64,000 nt of DNA, taken from the NCBI RefSeq assembly GCF_009914755.1, contig NC_060929.1, one strand, 5' to 3'. Shown here one piece after another: positions 16,620 through 30,378 of the stretch (the first letter of the stretch is position 1; each line of letters begins with the position of its first letter). The notes under the pieces are model-generated. The model was given only the letters and a program-made list of their open reading frames with translations. It was not told the origin of the DNA and did not search any database. This DNA comes from the human T2T-CHM13v2.0 reference genome, Homo sapiens. A program made the translations under genes and the position numbers.

Positions 16620-17521
16620 TTATTTAAGGACTAAAATTAAAGCCCAACATTAAGTGGTGCCTTGACACCTGGGAGAAACCAGGGAACCTCATCTGGCCTA
16701 ATTGCAAGTGTCCTTCTCCACCTTGCTTCTGCTTATAAGGTTCCCTAGCCACACAGCCTTCCTTATCAAGGAGACCAGGAACAGTTCCTGCTCATCCCTG
16801 AGTAACAGGTTACCGTTTCTTGCCAGCCCCTGGAATTTTTACAACAAGCCAATCCCATCCTCACCCAGGAACTAGAGATAACTCCAGCTTCTTGGTACTG
16901 CAAAGCCTGCTTCCCACAGGCCCTGGTTGTTTCCTGTCTTCCTGTGTGTAGCTCTTGTGTAGCCCTGCATGGCACAATTCCACCTTCCTCTGGCTGTGAA
17001 TATATGTAACTAATAAACCACTGCTGCCAAGTTCATCTGTTCCATGTTGGATGCCACGTGTTGAGCCATCCTCATAATCCTAGGGCAGAATTCCTGTATC
17101 ACAAATGATGTGTGCTGTGGCTTAAATGTGTCCTCCAAAAGTTTGTGTGTTGGAAAACTAATCTCCAAATTCTTATGTAGATTAGAGTTGGGACCTTTGA
17201 CAGATAATTAGGATTAAATAAGGTTACCTGGGCCAGTGTGGGCAGGGCACCCATGATGGGACTGGTAGCTTTATAAGAAGAGAAAGAGAGAACTGAGCTG
17301 ACATGCATACCCTTACCTTCTCACCATCTGATGCCCTGCCCCAAGTTGTAATGCAGCAAGAAGGCCCTCACCAGATGCCTGCATCATGCTCTTGGGCTTC
17401 TCAGCCTCCAAAACTGTGAGTGAAATAAATGTCTTTTTAAAACAAATTATGCAGCCTGTGGTATTTTGTTGTAGCAACACAGAATGAACTAAGACAACAT
17501 GAATATAAGATGATTAAAATA
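16620..17521 (+). mobile_element. MER74-like ERVL solo LTR, interrupted by an MST LTR
   Basis: ccttatcaaggagaccagg..cagttcctgc and ctaataaac motifs. The terminus (gatgattaaaata) resumes after the MST. Confidence 0.7.
17113..17496 (+). mobile_element. MSTC/MSTD-like solo LTR
   Basis: tgctgtgg...gaactaagaca termini. TSD atgtg/acatg. Confidence 0.85.
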
Positions 17522-18328
17522 GTTTGTGGGGGAAAAAAGCAGCCTGTGCCTGTAAAAGTATTTGAAAGATATTAAGTTCTTTACAAACATAAATCCAACC
17601 TCTAAGTTAATCTAGGTCTCCATTTTTCTGCTGTTAGAATACTCTGTGCTGTTTTGTAGATGAGAAAACTGGGGCTAAAGAAATAAAATTGTTTTTCTGA
17701 CTTTATACAATTACTGAATGCTAAAACCGAAATTTCAAACTTTTAGCCGTCTAAATCCAAAGCTCCTACTATTCCTATCATGGCATATTGCAGTCATTTC
17801 TCCCACTTAAAATGTGACTAATAAGCAATGATTAAAAATTACTTTTTTAAAGAACATAAATAATAAAGGAATTATTTTCTTAAAATAATTTTCATGACTC
17901 CCATTACACCCACCCTTGATCATAGGCAAACATCACATAAAAAGGATCTGAGAGATCTCTCAAAAATCCATCATTATTTTCCTTTGACACACAGGAATGG
18001 AAGAAAGCATTTATTGTGTAAGGCTCAACACACACACATACACATCAAAACACATTACCAGCACCAGCGCTTCTATCACACATCTTTGCAAGTAGCGGCA
18101 GCATCTCTAAAAAGAAGAGAAGACTTAGCTCTGGTCAATCAATACAATCAAACAGAATGTGCAGTCATAATATTTTAACTGCAAAACAACAGAATATGTT
18201 ACTACTGTTACAATATTGAAATTTCTACATGACATCATTTATTTAGCACCTTCTAACTTGGCCCAATATCACAGAAAGATATTTGAAGGAGCACAGTATA
18301 GTCTAGTTCCTCGAAAAAGAATTAATAA

Positions 18329-18781
<453 letters not shown>

Positions 18782-19113
18782 CACAAAATTAACTTTTAAT
18801 AATGACTTAAAAATGTAGAAATTAATATACTTGCACTTTAGCTATTAGGATTTAAAAGTAAATCTGATGGTACTTTATGTCACCTTCAAAGTGCAATAAA
18901 TCTTTTACATGTTTAACATTACCAAATACTCATTATTAAGCATTTGCATCTATCTTTGTATTCTATTTATTCTTAGATCAGCTAAATTTTTTTAATATGA
19001 ACTTACTTACCTATGATGAGTCGGAAATAACATCAAAATTTTCAAAACCCAAATCAACAAACCAGAGAAGCCTTTTCTTTTCAAAAGCCAACTGAGCCTT
19101 TTGTCTCTGGAGG

Positions 19114-19115
<2 letters not shown>

Positions 19116-19161
<46 letters not shown>
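19116..19161. repeat. (AC)23 microsatellite
   Basis: Perfect dinucleotide run. Confidence 0.98.
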
Positions 19162-19164
<3 letters not shown>

Positions 19165-19610
19165 GTTTAACATATAACCTAGGTGTGCCCTATATGTTTT
19201 ATCATCCCAAATTCAATTCACTCTGCTCATGAAAATTTCAGGGAGGAAAATGACAGCTGTGGGAAGGAAGGAAGTACTTGATTTTATTTAAGTCAACAAG
19301 TATTCATTGAGTATCTATTCTCTGCCAGAAATCTGTTACATTTTGAAGATAAATTGTAAATCAAAAGCACACAGTTCCTCTCATAGAGTTGATGGTCTGG
19401 CAAGAAACACAGATTCTCCTACTACACTCTGTGGTTTTATCCTGTTTGTTTTGCTTGTAGGACTTACTTTTACTTGTAACTATATATTTGTCTTTTTACT
19501 TTTTTACAGTTTGACTCCTCCATCAGCGAATCTATCCTTTAGAGAAAAGGCTACTTTGTTCATCACTGTATATTCTGTCCCTAGTAGATAACTCGCATGT
19601 TAGACCAGTA

Positions 19611-20244
19611 CTGTCGGGGTTCCCATACCACCCTTAGGTTCAGTGATTCACTAGAAGTACTCACAGAAGTCATTATAAAGCTGTTAAACAGTAAAGCTGT
19701 TATACTCATGGTTATGACTTACTGTAGCAAAATGATACAGATAAATATCAGCAGAGAAAAAAAGGCACATGTAGGAGAGTTCAAGAGAGATCTGGCACAA
19801 GTTTCCAGTTGTCCTCTCCCCGGGGAGTCATACAGACAAGCACTTAATTCTCCCAGCAATGACGTGTGACAACATATATTAAGTATTGCCAACCAGAGAG
19901 GCATGCCTGGACCCTCTTTTCAAGGGTTTTGGTTGATCAACTCAAAGGGAGTCAATCACATAGGTATGGGACACCCATGGATCTGACCTTGGTTACTTGA
20001 TCTTTAGCCCCTTTCAAAGTCAAACTCATATAGCATTGGCCAAGGCCCCACCGTAAGTCACAGCGTGAGCATAAAGTACCCGCCATGGCCCAAGGCCCCA
20101 GGTACACGAAGATACTTTATCCAGCAGTGTATTTCAAGGAACATTTCAATGTGATCCCTCTGAAGCCAGTCAAGGCCAGTCCTTTCTTTGGAATGTGCAG
20201 TGTTGGAATCTCACAAGCCTGATGAATCAAGATTTTTTTGCACA
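19611..20244 (-). mobile_element. MER77/MER21-family ERVL LTR inside an L2 relic
   Basis: Duplicated ggcc(c)aaggcccca, cctttctttggaatgtgcag, ends ...tgcaca. An L2-type tail (tttgttgaat...gaatgaa) follows. Confidence 0.75.
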
Positions 20245-23200
20245 TGGACATTTGTTGAATAGTGAGCGAATGAAATGTGAGAAGTTTTATGAAAAACAAT
20301 GGACAGATTGCTTTAACATTATATAGTAAAAGGTTTAGCTTAATTTCTAAAACCAGAGAAAGTCTTTCTGAGGGTACAGGTTTGGACTCTGAGCTGGAAG
20401 ACAAATGGAAATTACCAAATTAAAAGATGGCGTATGTGAAGAGGGAGTAAAAATGGAGCTGCCACTGGTAGAAATAGTGTACCAAACAAAGTGAATAAGC
20501 ATCCTTGAAAAACCTGGAGACACACTTATCATTTTAAAAATACTCTTGAACCACCCATTCTCTGTAAACACACACATTGATGTTTATAGAGAAGAGAAAA
20601 CACTGCATAAATTTCTTTCAGATGCATCATTTACATTTTATACCAAGAGATAACAATCCCTTCCTTTGGCTACATAGTTTAGATCCACTCATTCCTTAGT
20701 CTTCCTTGGCAGTTCATTCATACAAAAAAAAATTTATTGAGATTTACTATGTGCCAAACCTCAAGCAAAGTATTGCCAATATAGCAGTAAACCTCACTTC
20801 TTGCATTTAATGAGGCATGTTTATCTAAAAGAAATCATCACAGTTTTACAAATTGTGAGACTGTAAAAGAAAGAAGAAAGTGTAAATGGGAATAATCTGT
20901 GGAATCAAACTTATATCATTTAGATTGGGGTGGCAAGGACATCTTCCTGAAGGAATAACCTTTGCACTAAGATCTAAAAGACACAGAGGAATTAGCCAGA
21001 TATATCACAAATGGAATATGGATTAGGGATTTGGCAGCAGTCCTGGATAAGAGCTCCAGCCCATGGGAAGACCCAGAGCATGCAACGGAGACAAAAGGAA
21101 AACCAATATTTCTCAGATGCTGTGTATAGGAGGAAAACTGGTTCAAGACACTGGTGCACTGGAAAATGAGGGCCATAAGATGGAAGTCCTTCTAGGCTAT
21201 AATAAGAACATGCCTTTAATTCCAAATGTAGGGTTAGAGTAGAGTTCTAGAACTATTCACTGTTTGGAAAAAGTTAGCTAAGGATTATTGCCAGCTGTGA
21301 GTCCCACTCCTGGCCTGGACATGCTGTTGCTCATTCTCCAAAACAACACAACATGCACACACACAATATACAATACAGGCTTTGTGCCCTTTAGAGGAAG
21401 AACAGTTTAAGCAACATTTACAGCCCGCACTAGCTTTGGGACAGAGAGAGGTTCTGAGTTTGCACAATGATCATTCTTTAAGCCATATTCCCTGGACCAA
21501 TAGGGTCAAATCACCAACAATGCTAAATGTATAGCTTCATTTAAGATGAAGACTTCTCATGCTGCATTTTCTAACTCCTAGCCCTGCCTCCCTTGTTGTG
21601 CTGAGTTATACAAATTAGGCCCTGAAAAAAAATATTTAATGGGGCCTCAATACCTATCTATGTCTTTGAGAAATATAAAAAATGTAAAAGAAATATTTCC
21701 TGTATTTAAGTGGCTTGGAACATAATAGGGAAGATAAGATATAGACCGAAGTTATCTCAAGTTCAGCCCCGGAATACAGCAAGAGTCACAGGATGGGATA
21801 GGCATCCTTCAGAGGAGGTAAGAACAGAATGAGATCAGACATTGCTTCCTGAAAAAAATAATAGAGTCAACTCAAATTTAATAGCTTCCACAAGAGTATG
21901 AAGTAGGTAAATAAGGATAATTAGCAGAAGCTCTTAGAGGATATAGATGGCAAGGTAGATAGATTGGTTGACTTTAGCCTCTACTGGTGAAGGCCAAACT
22001 CCTGCTTCTCTCCACATTTGCTAAGAATAGTTTAAAAGTTCCCCCTTTCTGCCATGGGACACCATCCACAAAATACCCTGTGTCATTAGAGTAGTTTGAG
22101 CAATAGCTTTAAAGCAAAGCCAGCCAAGGAAACTAAAACTGTATCGAAAAACCTAAATCATATACTGCCAAAAATGATGGAAATGTTTTACATTAGCAAA
22201 GCGTTTCAACTATGATTTCAAGAAGCCCAAAGGATAAAAGATGCATGAACCTCATTGCAAGAGGGAAAAAGGCTGACTGAAAGTTCTTTGAAAGAAAAAG
22301 TAACCAAGGGCGGTGACTGAAAGTTTCAAATTGCCCACAAGGTAAGTCTCTCTGTGGTGCTGTTTATATTGTGATATTAAATTTTTCCTAAACAAAACAG
22401 GAGACAAGACTTGAGTTCCTTGTACTCAAAATGCAAATCCTTTCAAAATGACACTGTGATAGGTTAAATTCCTTATTCTGTATTTGAAGAATTATTGAGA
22501 GGCCCTTAATAGAGGTGGCAACACTGAAGAAACATTAAAAATTCAGTTTCTCTCATTTTTATTTGCAGCAAGAGAATTTCTTTGTATCTCCCAGACGTTT
22601 TTGTTTCATATCTCCCTACATTCTCACCCCTCACTGTTTGGTTAAAAAAACAGAGCAGAGGGGCACACATACATTTAACAAATATCTCCTGAGCACTTAC
22701 TAAGACCGGGGAATTCCATAATGAGCTAACAAGGTCCTGCTCACATGGCACATGTATTTTTCACGGTTCTCACATTCTAGATACTTCATCAAAGTTATCT
22801 TGTGAAAAACTTTTTATTATCCCAATAAAAGTTGGTTTGCCACCAATGTTTTACCCTAAAACACATTAAGAACCTAAACTGCTTTCCCAAAACACGTGAG
22901 GCTTCTGAGTGCAGGAAGTACCTGTCCGGTACGGAATAATGGGACCTTCAAAGAGGTAAAAGAGGACAAAAGGACTAGGAATTGAAGAAAAGGGAGAACA
23001 ATCAAAGAAAGAAGGGAATTCTCTGGTGCCTATCCAAGATGGATTCTGAATGAACAAATTACTGAATGAGAAAAATAAAGAATTGGTGTGTACCATATGT
23101 GGGGAATATAGTGAATTGTATTAACACCACACCACATGTTATCAAAATAACCACAGGGCTTATATTTAAGGGACTTATGTCTTTCCTTCCTCTTGACCCT

Positions 23201-23749
23201 TTCATGGAGGAACATCTTTACTGGGGAAGAATAAAGGAGTGTTCAGTATGCAAAGAGAAATTCTGTTGTCCATACAGATGCTCCAACCCAAATAATCTAA
23301 ATCCTTCTCCATTGATATTCAACATCCTGACTCTTCAGAATAGAGGGTTGTCTCACAGAAAGAACAAAGGAAGAAAGGACGTGAGGGAGCAGAACTCTTC
23401 TGCTAAGCATCATTCTGTTCACTGTGAAGTAGGCATTGCTTGGGGCACTCACAGAGATTCAAACTCAGGCCTTATCACAGAAGGCTGCCACCTTGAGGGG
23501 ATGTGACATACACCATTGGCCTAGTCCATGGGAGAGAGCCATAAGAGAGACACAAGTTATACAAGAAGATGTTACCTCTGTTCTGCCCTGGGAGACAGCA
23601 GGTTTCATGTAAGCAGACTTACACACTTCATGTAAGTTTCATGTAAGCTGGTGTTATCTGAGGTGATAACACCAGCACAAAGGTACAGAAGTAGATGATC
23701 TCAGACTAGGCTAAAGAGAGCCCTCCAGCCTCCCTAGGTTACACGATAT

Positions 23750-24472
23750 TGCAGCAGCCTTACCAATGAACATAGTGTTTGAGTTTTGTTTTCCAAAGTA
23801 GAACCTGGAGTTCTTTGTCTCACCACCAAGAAAACTAAGGAGTGTGGCCACGAGGGTAAGGTTGGAGCAAAAGTTTAACAAGAGAAAGGAGAAAGCTCTC
23901 AGCAATGGAGAGGGAGCCTGAAAGAGGGTTGCCATTCTAAAGTTGAATACTAGGGATTTTATAAACATACTAGTAGGCTGAGATATTTCATTTACATAAG
24001 GTGCAAAGAACTGGTTAGGACTAGGTATTTCATTTACATAAGGCATGAATTCCTGACAGCTCCTTCCTATCCTTTTAGTGCACATGTGGACTCACCCTAA
24101 GTTACTCCATGTTGTTTAATTTCCCTTACTGCATATGTGTAAGGGGGTGGGATTCCCCATTGTGGATGTGCTGGGTTCTATGTTACTCCTCTTAGGCATG
24201 GTTCAAGCAAGCCCCCCTTCCCCCTCCCCTGCACTAATGCCCATATCTGAGTATGTCCAGAAAAGGAAATAAATGTGCTCACTGAAGCCTACCATGTATA
24301 TGTGACCCTTACTAGTTAACTTACACAGAAAGCATCTTATGGTAGACCTTGCCTCCTTATCTATGCTTGCAGCCTGATCTTTCAAGCTGTTCCTTTGTTA
24401 GAAAAAAAGGAATTCTACCAAGGACTTGTCCTAGCTATCTGCCTAACTAATTCCTTTCTCTCTTTTCCCTCA
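23750..24472 (-). mobile_element. ERV1 solo LTR (LTR25/LTR9-like, MER4 group)
   Basis: TG...CA termini with 4-bp TSD atat (23746-23749, 24473-24476). Minus-strand start TGAGGGAAAAGAGAGAAAGGAATTAGTTAGGCAG. Confidence 0.8.
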
Positions 24473-26739
24473 ATATCAGTAGAATTTTCTGGAAGTGAGG
24501 ACTAAAGATATAACTAGGTTTCAATGTTTGGAAGAGAGTGTAAGAAAAGTAAGCATCTTGAATGCTCAGAGGAGGAGCTGAAACTCACTGCAGCAGGAAA
24601 TGTGAAATTACCCAATGTTTGTCATTAGAACAATGAGGGCAGGATCAATAATTTCCCCAGAAAGGAGAATTTACTATTTCTAAACTCATTTATGGTAGGA
24701 TAGGAAGACTTTAACTAGACAGCCTGTGAAAAACATAACTTTATATGGGTTATCTGAGAAAGGGGAAGTTGACATTCATGGCTCAGTTACTTCCGTTAGG
24801 ACTAAATTGGATTATGATGGGAAAATGCTACTGTGATGAGAAGAAAAAGCCTTACAGCAAGTCATTTGTGTTTAATAAGAATCTGATGCTATTTATCTAG
24901 AATAAAACATTCTCCCAAATTAGATAATATAAAATATAGCAGATCTTTAGCTTCACCATTATTAGATAATTCCAAATGGCATAAGGAATCCCTAATTCTA
25001 ATCCCAGCAGGGCTCTGAACGTCCCCCTTGAAACTACATATAAAGCTCACTAAGAACAGTCTTTGGAGTAGGACAGCTCTATAGTAGTTGTGTTACTTTA
25101 GGCAAGCCACTTAATCTCTGAGTGTCATGTAGTTAGAAAGCCAGGTTAAGTATCACCTTTGGATTGGGCATCAGGCAAGCACTGAAGAATAACAGGGAAA
25201 CAGGCAGATAAAATCCTTGACTTCATATTCTTTACATTATAGTGGGGATTTTTTTTAAGGGAGTGACAAACAATGCCAGTTTTTAAAAAATGCAGATTTT
25301 ACGAATTCTATGTTATGCATACATTATAGGTTGTTGTGAAGATGATATAAAATCATGTAGATAATCCCTTCACCTGCAGTTACATATGTTATGTGTCTTA
25401 ATTATCACTCATATTGTTAGTGACAATGTGAGCATCAGAAAGTTATTTTTATAGAAGCCACATGGAAATATAACTTTTGTTCAAGTCTAAAAAAGCCAAG
25501 GAAAAAATAGTTTCAAAGCAAAAGGAATTATAGTTTCTAACAAGGATGCCATAAGTACAATGGAACTGTCACAGTGCAAAAAATGTATTTTATTATTTTT
25601 AAATGACACCTACATGGCAGACATTATTCCTTTTACCTAAGAAAGTGCTTTTGCCATTTAATCACAAAATCAAGATCTAGTGTAACGGTAACTAGCTACT
25701 TTGGACAAAAGATAAGACAAGAGGCAGGTTAATTACATTTCATGGGGATTGGAACATTAAAATAATCTAAGGAGAAATTTACCCTCTGGACAAAGATTTA
25801 GGGGATAATAACCATTTCACTAAGTAATAAATACATCCATGGAAATGGGGCCATGTTAAAGAAAATACTGCAATTCACAAAGACTCCATTTTGTGAAAGT
25901 TTGGAATGTAAAGAAGACAGTATTAAGGAAAATAAAGTGAGCAAATGAAAACAAACAAAAAACCTGTGAGCTTTATAACAATTGAAAAAGTAAGCTGGAA
26001 AGATTTAAAAATCAAAGGCTTTATTAAATTGTGGCCTCCTCGAGTCCTCTAGGACTTCTAAGTTAAGGACTAGAATTTTCTCTGTATTCCCTGGTTCGTT
26101 CTGCGTACAGTGGGCCTTCAGGAAACACTTATTGGGTAAACTGAAATTTCTGGCATTTGTAAACTCCACTATACATGTTAATAGTTCAATAGCATAAACT
26201 GAAAACATTGCTTAGTCATTCATTATGTAAAGGCCTCACATGATACACCACAGTTTTATGAATAAGCCAAGTATTTCAGCTGTAATTTCATCTGACACGA
26301 AACTTGAATGAATTTGTGCTATTTCCTCATACTTTTTCCTGTTCCCTTCTAACAGTTTTCCATTTTCAGCTGTTAAGAGGTGACCCACCACAGAACTCAG
26401 TCTGAGCCTCCAATGCAGCTCACTATATTTCATCTTCAAATAATATTTTAAATAATTTGGTTTGATTTTCTGATGTTGTTAGTATCACGTGTGGAGGTGG
26501 AGGCAGTGGTGCTGTCTGAAAGAGGAAGACTACTAAACGAATAGTCAGTTTGCTGAAGCATAGGCTAAATAATGTTGTCCCCAAAGGAATTCAACATGTA
26601 ATTAATTGCTAGAAGTTTCCATGGAACTCAATATAATAGCAATTTTCTATGTTTTATGTATTTTCTTTTTAGAGACATGATCACACTCTGTCCCTCTGGC
26701 TGGAGTCAATAGAATAGTTCTTAACACGTATTCAATCAC

Positions 26740-27380
26740 AACATTTTCACACCAAATGCCCAGCATGGTACTGGCAACATAATCCAAGCCACTATCACCA
26801 TTAACTTAGACCATTGCAATAGTCTTTTATATGATTTTCCTGTTTCTGTTACTATGTCTCTACAATTTATTTGCCACTGAATGGCCAGAATGATAATTGT
26901 AAAACATAAATCATATCACACTGCTCTGTTGTGTAAAATGTTCTAGTGGTTTAAACTGCATTTGGAATCAATCCATATTCTAAACTGTGATTTTCGAGGC
27001 CCTATAGGATCTGTCTCCTGCTGACTTCTCTAACTCCAAGTTATACTAGGTATTTGAGTTTACTATACTCCAATCACACTGTCCTTTTTATTGGCTCTAT
27101 TTCTATTGGATGCACCAAGTGCCTCTCTTCTTTAGAGCCTTTGCATCTGTTTTTTCCTTTGCCGGAAATGACCTGCACTAAGATCTTTCTAATGAATGCC
27201 TTCTTATTCATGTCATTTCTCTGCTGCTTGTTCAAAGACAAGTTCCTTCAGCAACCAGTCTAACAGAGCTGCTATTTCCGGAGGTCACGGTCACATCTCC
27301 CTGACTTATTATGTTCATACATTTATCACTGTCTACAATGATTGTCTTCAAGTATTTATCTATTGATTAAACACCTCCCC
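26740..27380 (+). mobile_element. L2 relic
   Basis: L2-like motifs (ccaagccactatca, gcctttgcatctg...ttcc). Boundaries approximate. Confidence 0.6.
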
Positions 27381-28789
27381 AATAAACCTTCTCCTAAGAT
27401 TTTTAAGGCCCACTAATGTATGCTTAAATATTTAGAAGTTTAGAAATCAAGTGATAAAACTGCCAAGTAAAATATATTCTACCTTCCTGCCTTGACAAAA
27501 ATGGGTTGGTAAAGAAAGGCCAAGTTCAAATGTAGAATTTTTGACTGCTTGGTGTTCTATGCCAGAATATAACAGCATGGGAGAAGGAGACTAACCCTTA
27601 CCCATAGCCCAACCCCTTTTTCTTCCCACCCTTGACATTGTCTCATATAAGAATAGGCCTCATGTTTGTATGTAAGACACACCAGTGGATATAACCATGG
27701 TCCATCTACAGTGTCCATCTCATACCCCAGGCAAACTATAATGCCCCTGGCCACTCCTCAGACGTAGAAAGGGGTACAACAGTGGTATACTTTGCCTTGT
27801 GCATATGGACCCAGGAAATAGTCCTGTGCACTCCCTAAAAGTATAGGCTTGAAGTTGTTTGGGCAGGGAATTCAAGTGCCAGTTGCCTAGATCATGATCT
27901 CCAGAGAAGAGCAAGTGGCCATTCAGACTCCTTGACCAGTAGTGAGAGATGTGCCAGATCAGGCCAGAGTGCGTTCCTCTTATTTGTGAGGGCCAAGGCA
28001 TGGGCTGGCTGGGGAATTTTAGGAAGAGATTGAAGTCTCAACCCCACTCCATCCCATCCTAATCAGAGTACAAATACCAAAACAGCAGATATATTTTGTT
28101 TTCGTATATGTTTACTTTAGTAAACAGTTTCAGGCACTTAATATATGCTTAATAAATATCTGTAGAATAAATAAATATTTGGCATGCAAATATTTATATA
28201 AATAAATATAATGTTTTAACCTCAGAACATTCTTGAGTATGGAAGTATGGAGATACTTCTATCCCCATCTTCCTAGTACAACAACTTGAATACAGTCAGG
28301 AAAAAGAAGTGAGTTCAAGTTCACACACTAACTGTCAGAACTGCAAATGAGGATTAAAGGGAGTCAGGTATCCAAGAATAGAGACTTACTCATTGCTATG
28401 CATCAGATTGTCAATTCCGTACAATGCAATTGGTTTTTTTTTTTTTTTTTTGGCCCTTCAAGTAACATAGGAGAAAATGAAGAATTTTAAATCTATACCT
28501 CATCACCAAAAAATGGGGAACCAGGATCTAAAACATGGCAAGTTTAGGAGAACAGATGGTTAAGCTGACCATGGGTCTTCTCAGCAGAGGTGCACCATTC
28601 CTGTTGGAAACCCCAGAATCCACAAGGAGACTGAAGTGCTCAGTGTATCTTAAGATCTGCTCTTGGATCTCTCAGAGTCCACTAGAGGGTCTCAACTTAC
28701 TGGGTGAAGATTTTCCCTTAAAGATGATGATTATCAAAGAATAAATATCTGAAAAAGAGGGTTTCACATTGGCATCAAATTTTTCTGAG

Positions 28790-29181
28790 TGTATTAGTTC
28801 ATTCTCACACTGCTATAAAGAACGACCTGAGACTGGGTAATTTATAAGTAAAGGAGATTTAATTGACTTACAGTTCCATAGGCTTAACAGGAAGCATGGC
28901 TAGGAAGCCTCAGGAAACATACAATCATGGCGGAAGGCAAAAGGCAAGCAAGCACGTCTCACATGGCAGCAGACGAGAGAGAGAGAGTGAAGGGAAAGTG
29001 CCACACTTTCAAACCATCAGATCTTATGAGAACTCATTATCAAAAGAACAGCATGGGGAAAATCTTCCCCCATGATCCAGTCACCTCCCACCAGGTCCCT
29101 CCCACCAGGTCCCTCCCTCAACACATGGGGATTACAATTTGAGATGCGATTTGGGTGGGGACACATGGTCAAACCATATCA
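28790..29181 (-). mobile_element. MSTA solo LTR
   Basis: tgtattag...aaccatatca with the MSTA-type aggcttaacaggaagcatgg. TSD ctgag/ctaag. Confidence 0.9.
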
Positions 29182-29309
29182 CTAAGCATGGAAAAGCAAC
29201 TGGCTCCAACTCAAAAGGAAGAATGTCAATAGTCTGATCACATGGCATTAAGAACCATAGCAATAACAATTATACCTAATATATATATATATTGATTTGA
29301 CCTTCTCAG

Positions 29310-30378
29310 TGCTATTAACTTCTTCCCCTCCTCTCTACTGTCTCCCTAACCCAAGGTGCCCTCAGCCCTCACTTAGCCTATTGCAAGATCCATCCCATCC
29401 CCCCATCTTGTTTACATTGTAACCAGAGTTCAAAATACAACATACTTATGTCACCATCACCAACATTTCGTTCTTCTTAAAATTATTCAGGGGCTTCTCA
29501 AAAATATTAATTTTAAAAAAACGGAATCCATAATATGGTCTAAAAGGCCCTACATGTTCAAACTCCTGCTAGCATCCCCAGTTGCACTACACATTACTCT
29601 TCTCTCTCATTCCTGAGGCATCAACCACCCTGGCCTTCACTACATTTCTCTGACACTCTCTGTTGATACAGGGCTTTTACCTACATTACTCTTCCCTTTC
29701 TCTCCCCACCATCCCTTAGTGTCTTAGCTTGTTTGGACTGCTATAACAAAATACCAGAGACCAGGTAGCTTGCTCACAGTTCTGGAAGCAAGGAAATTCA
29801 GGATCAAGACCCCAGCAAATTCAATGTCTAGTGAAGGCCCACTTTCTCATTCATAGAGGATGTCTTCATGCTGTGTCCTCGCAGAGTAGAAGGGGCAAGG
29901 CAGCTCCCTAAGGCCTCTTTCCTAGATGCACTAATCCCAACCATGAGAGCACCTTATAATCTAAATCACTTCTCAAATTCCCTACCTACCAATACCAACA
30001 CAATGGTGAATAGATTTTAACCTATGAATTTTGAGGGGGCACAAATATTCAGACCATTGTACTTAGTTAACTTCTATTCATCTTTGGGATGTAGCTCTAC
30101 TGTCACTTTCTCAAGGAAGTTTCCTGCTGTCTCAGACTAGAATATAACTCAGAGTTATAACACCGAATTGCTTTATTTGATAGCGGTTATCACAGTTAAA
30201 ATTTCACACGTTTATATGATTACTTAATTCATAGCTGCTTTCTAACCAAGCCCACAAACCCAACTCACAGGCTCCACGAAGGCAGCAGAATGGGCTTGTT
30301 TCTGCGCAGTCTTTTGTTTCCCGAGCTTAAAACCATTCCTGGGACACAGCTGGTGCTCAATGAATGTTTCTTGAATAA
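29310..30378 (+). mobile_element. L2 relic interrupted by MLT1A
   Basis: L2 3' end (gggacacagctggtgctcaatgaatg). Boundaries approximate. Confidence 0.6.
29720..30061 (-). mobile_element. MLT1A/MLT1A0 solo LTR
   Basis: tgtcttag...ttcagaccattgta. Perfect TSD cttag. Confidence 0.88.

Noticed and set aside
27560-28060. GC-richer block that may be an ancient repeat
   Set aside because: I could not assign a family or boundaries by eye.
29083-29115. Tandem cctcccaccaggtc duplication
   Set aside because: Ordinary slippage within the MSTA LTR.
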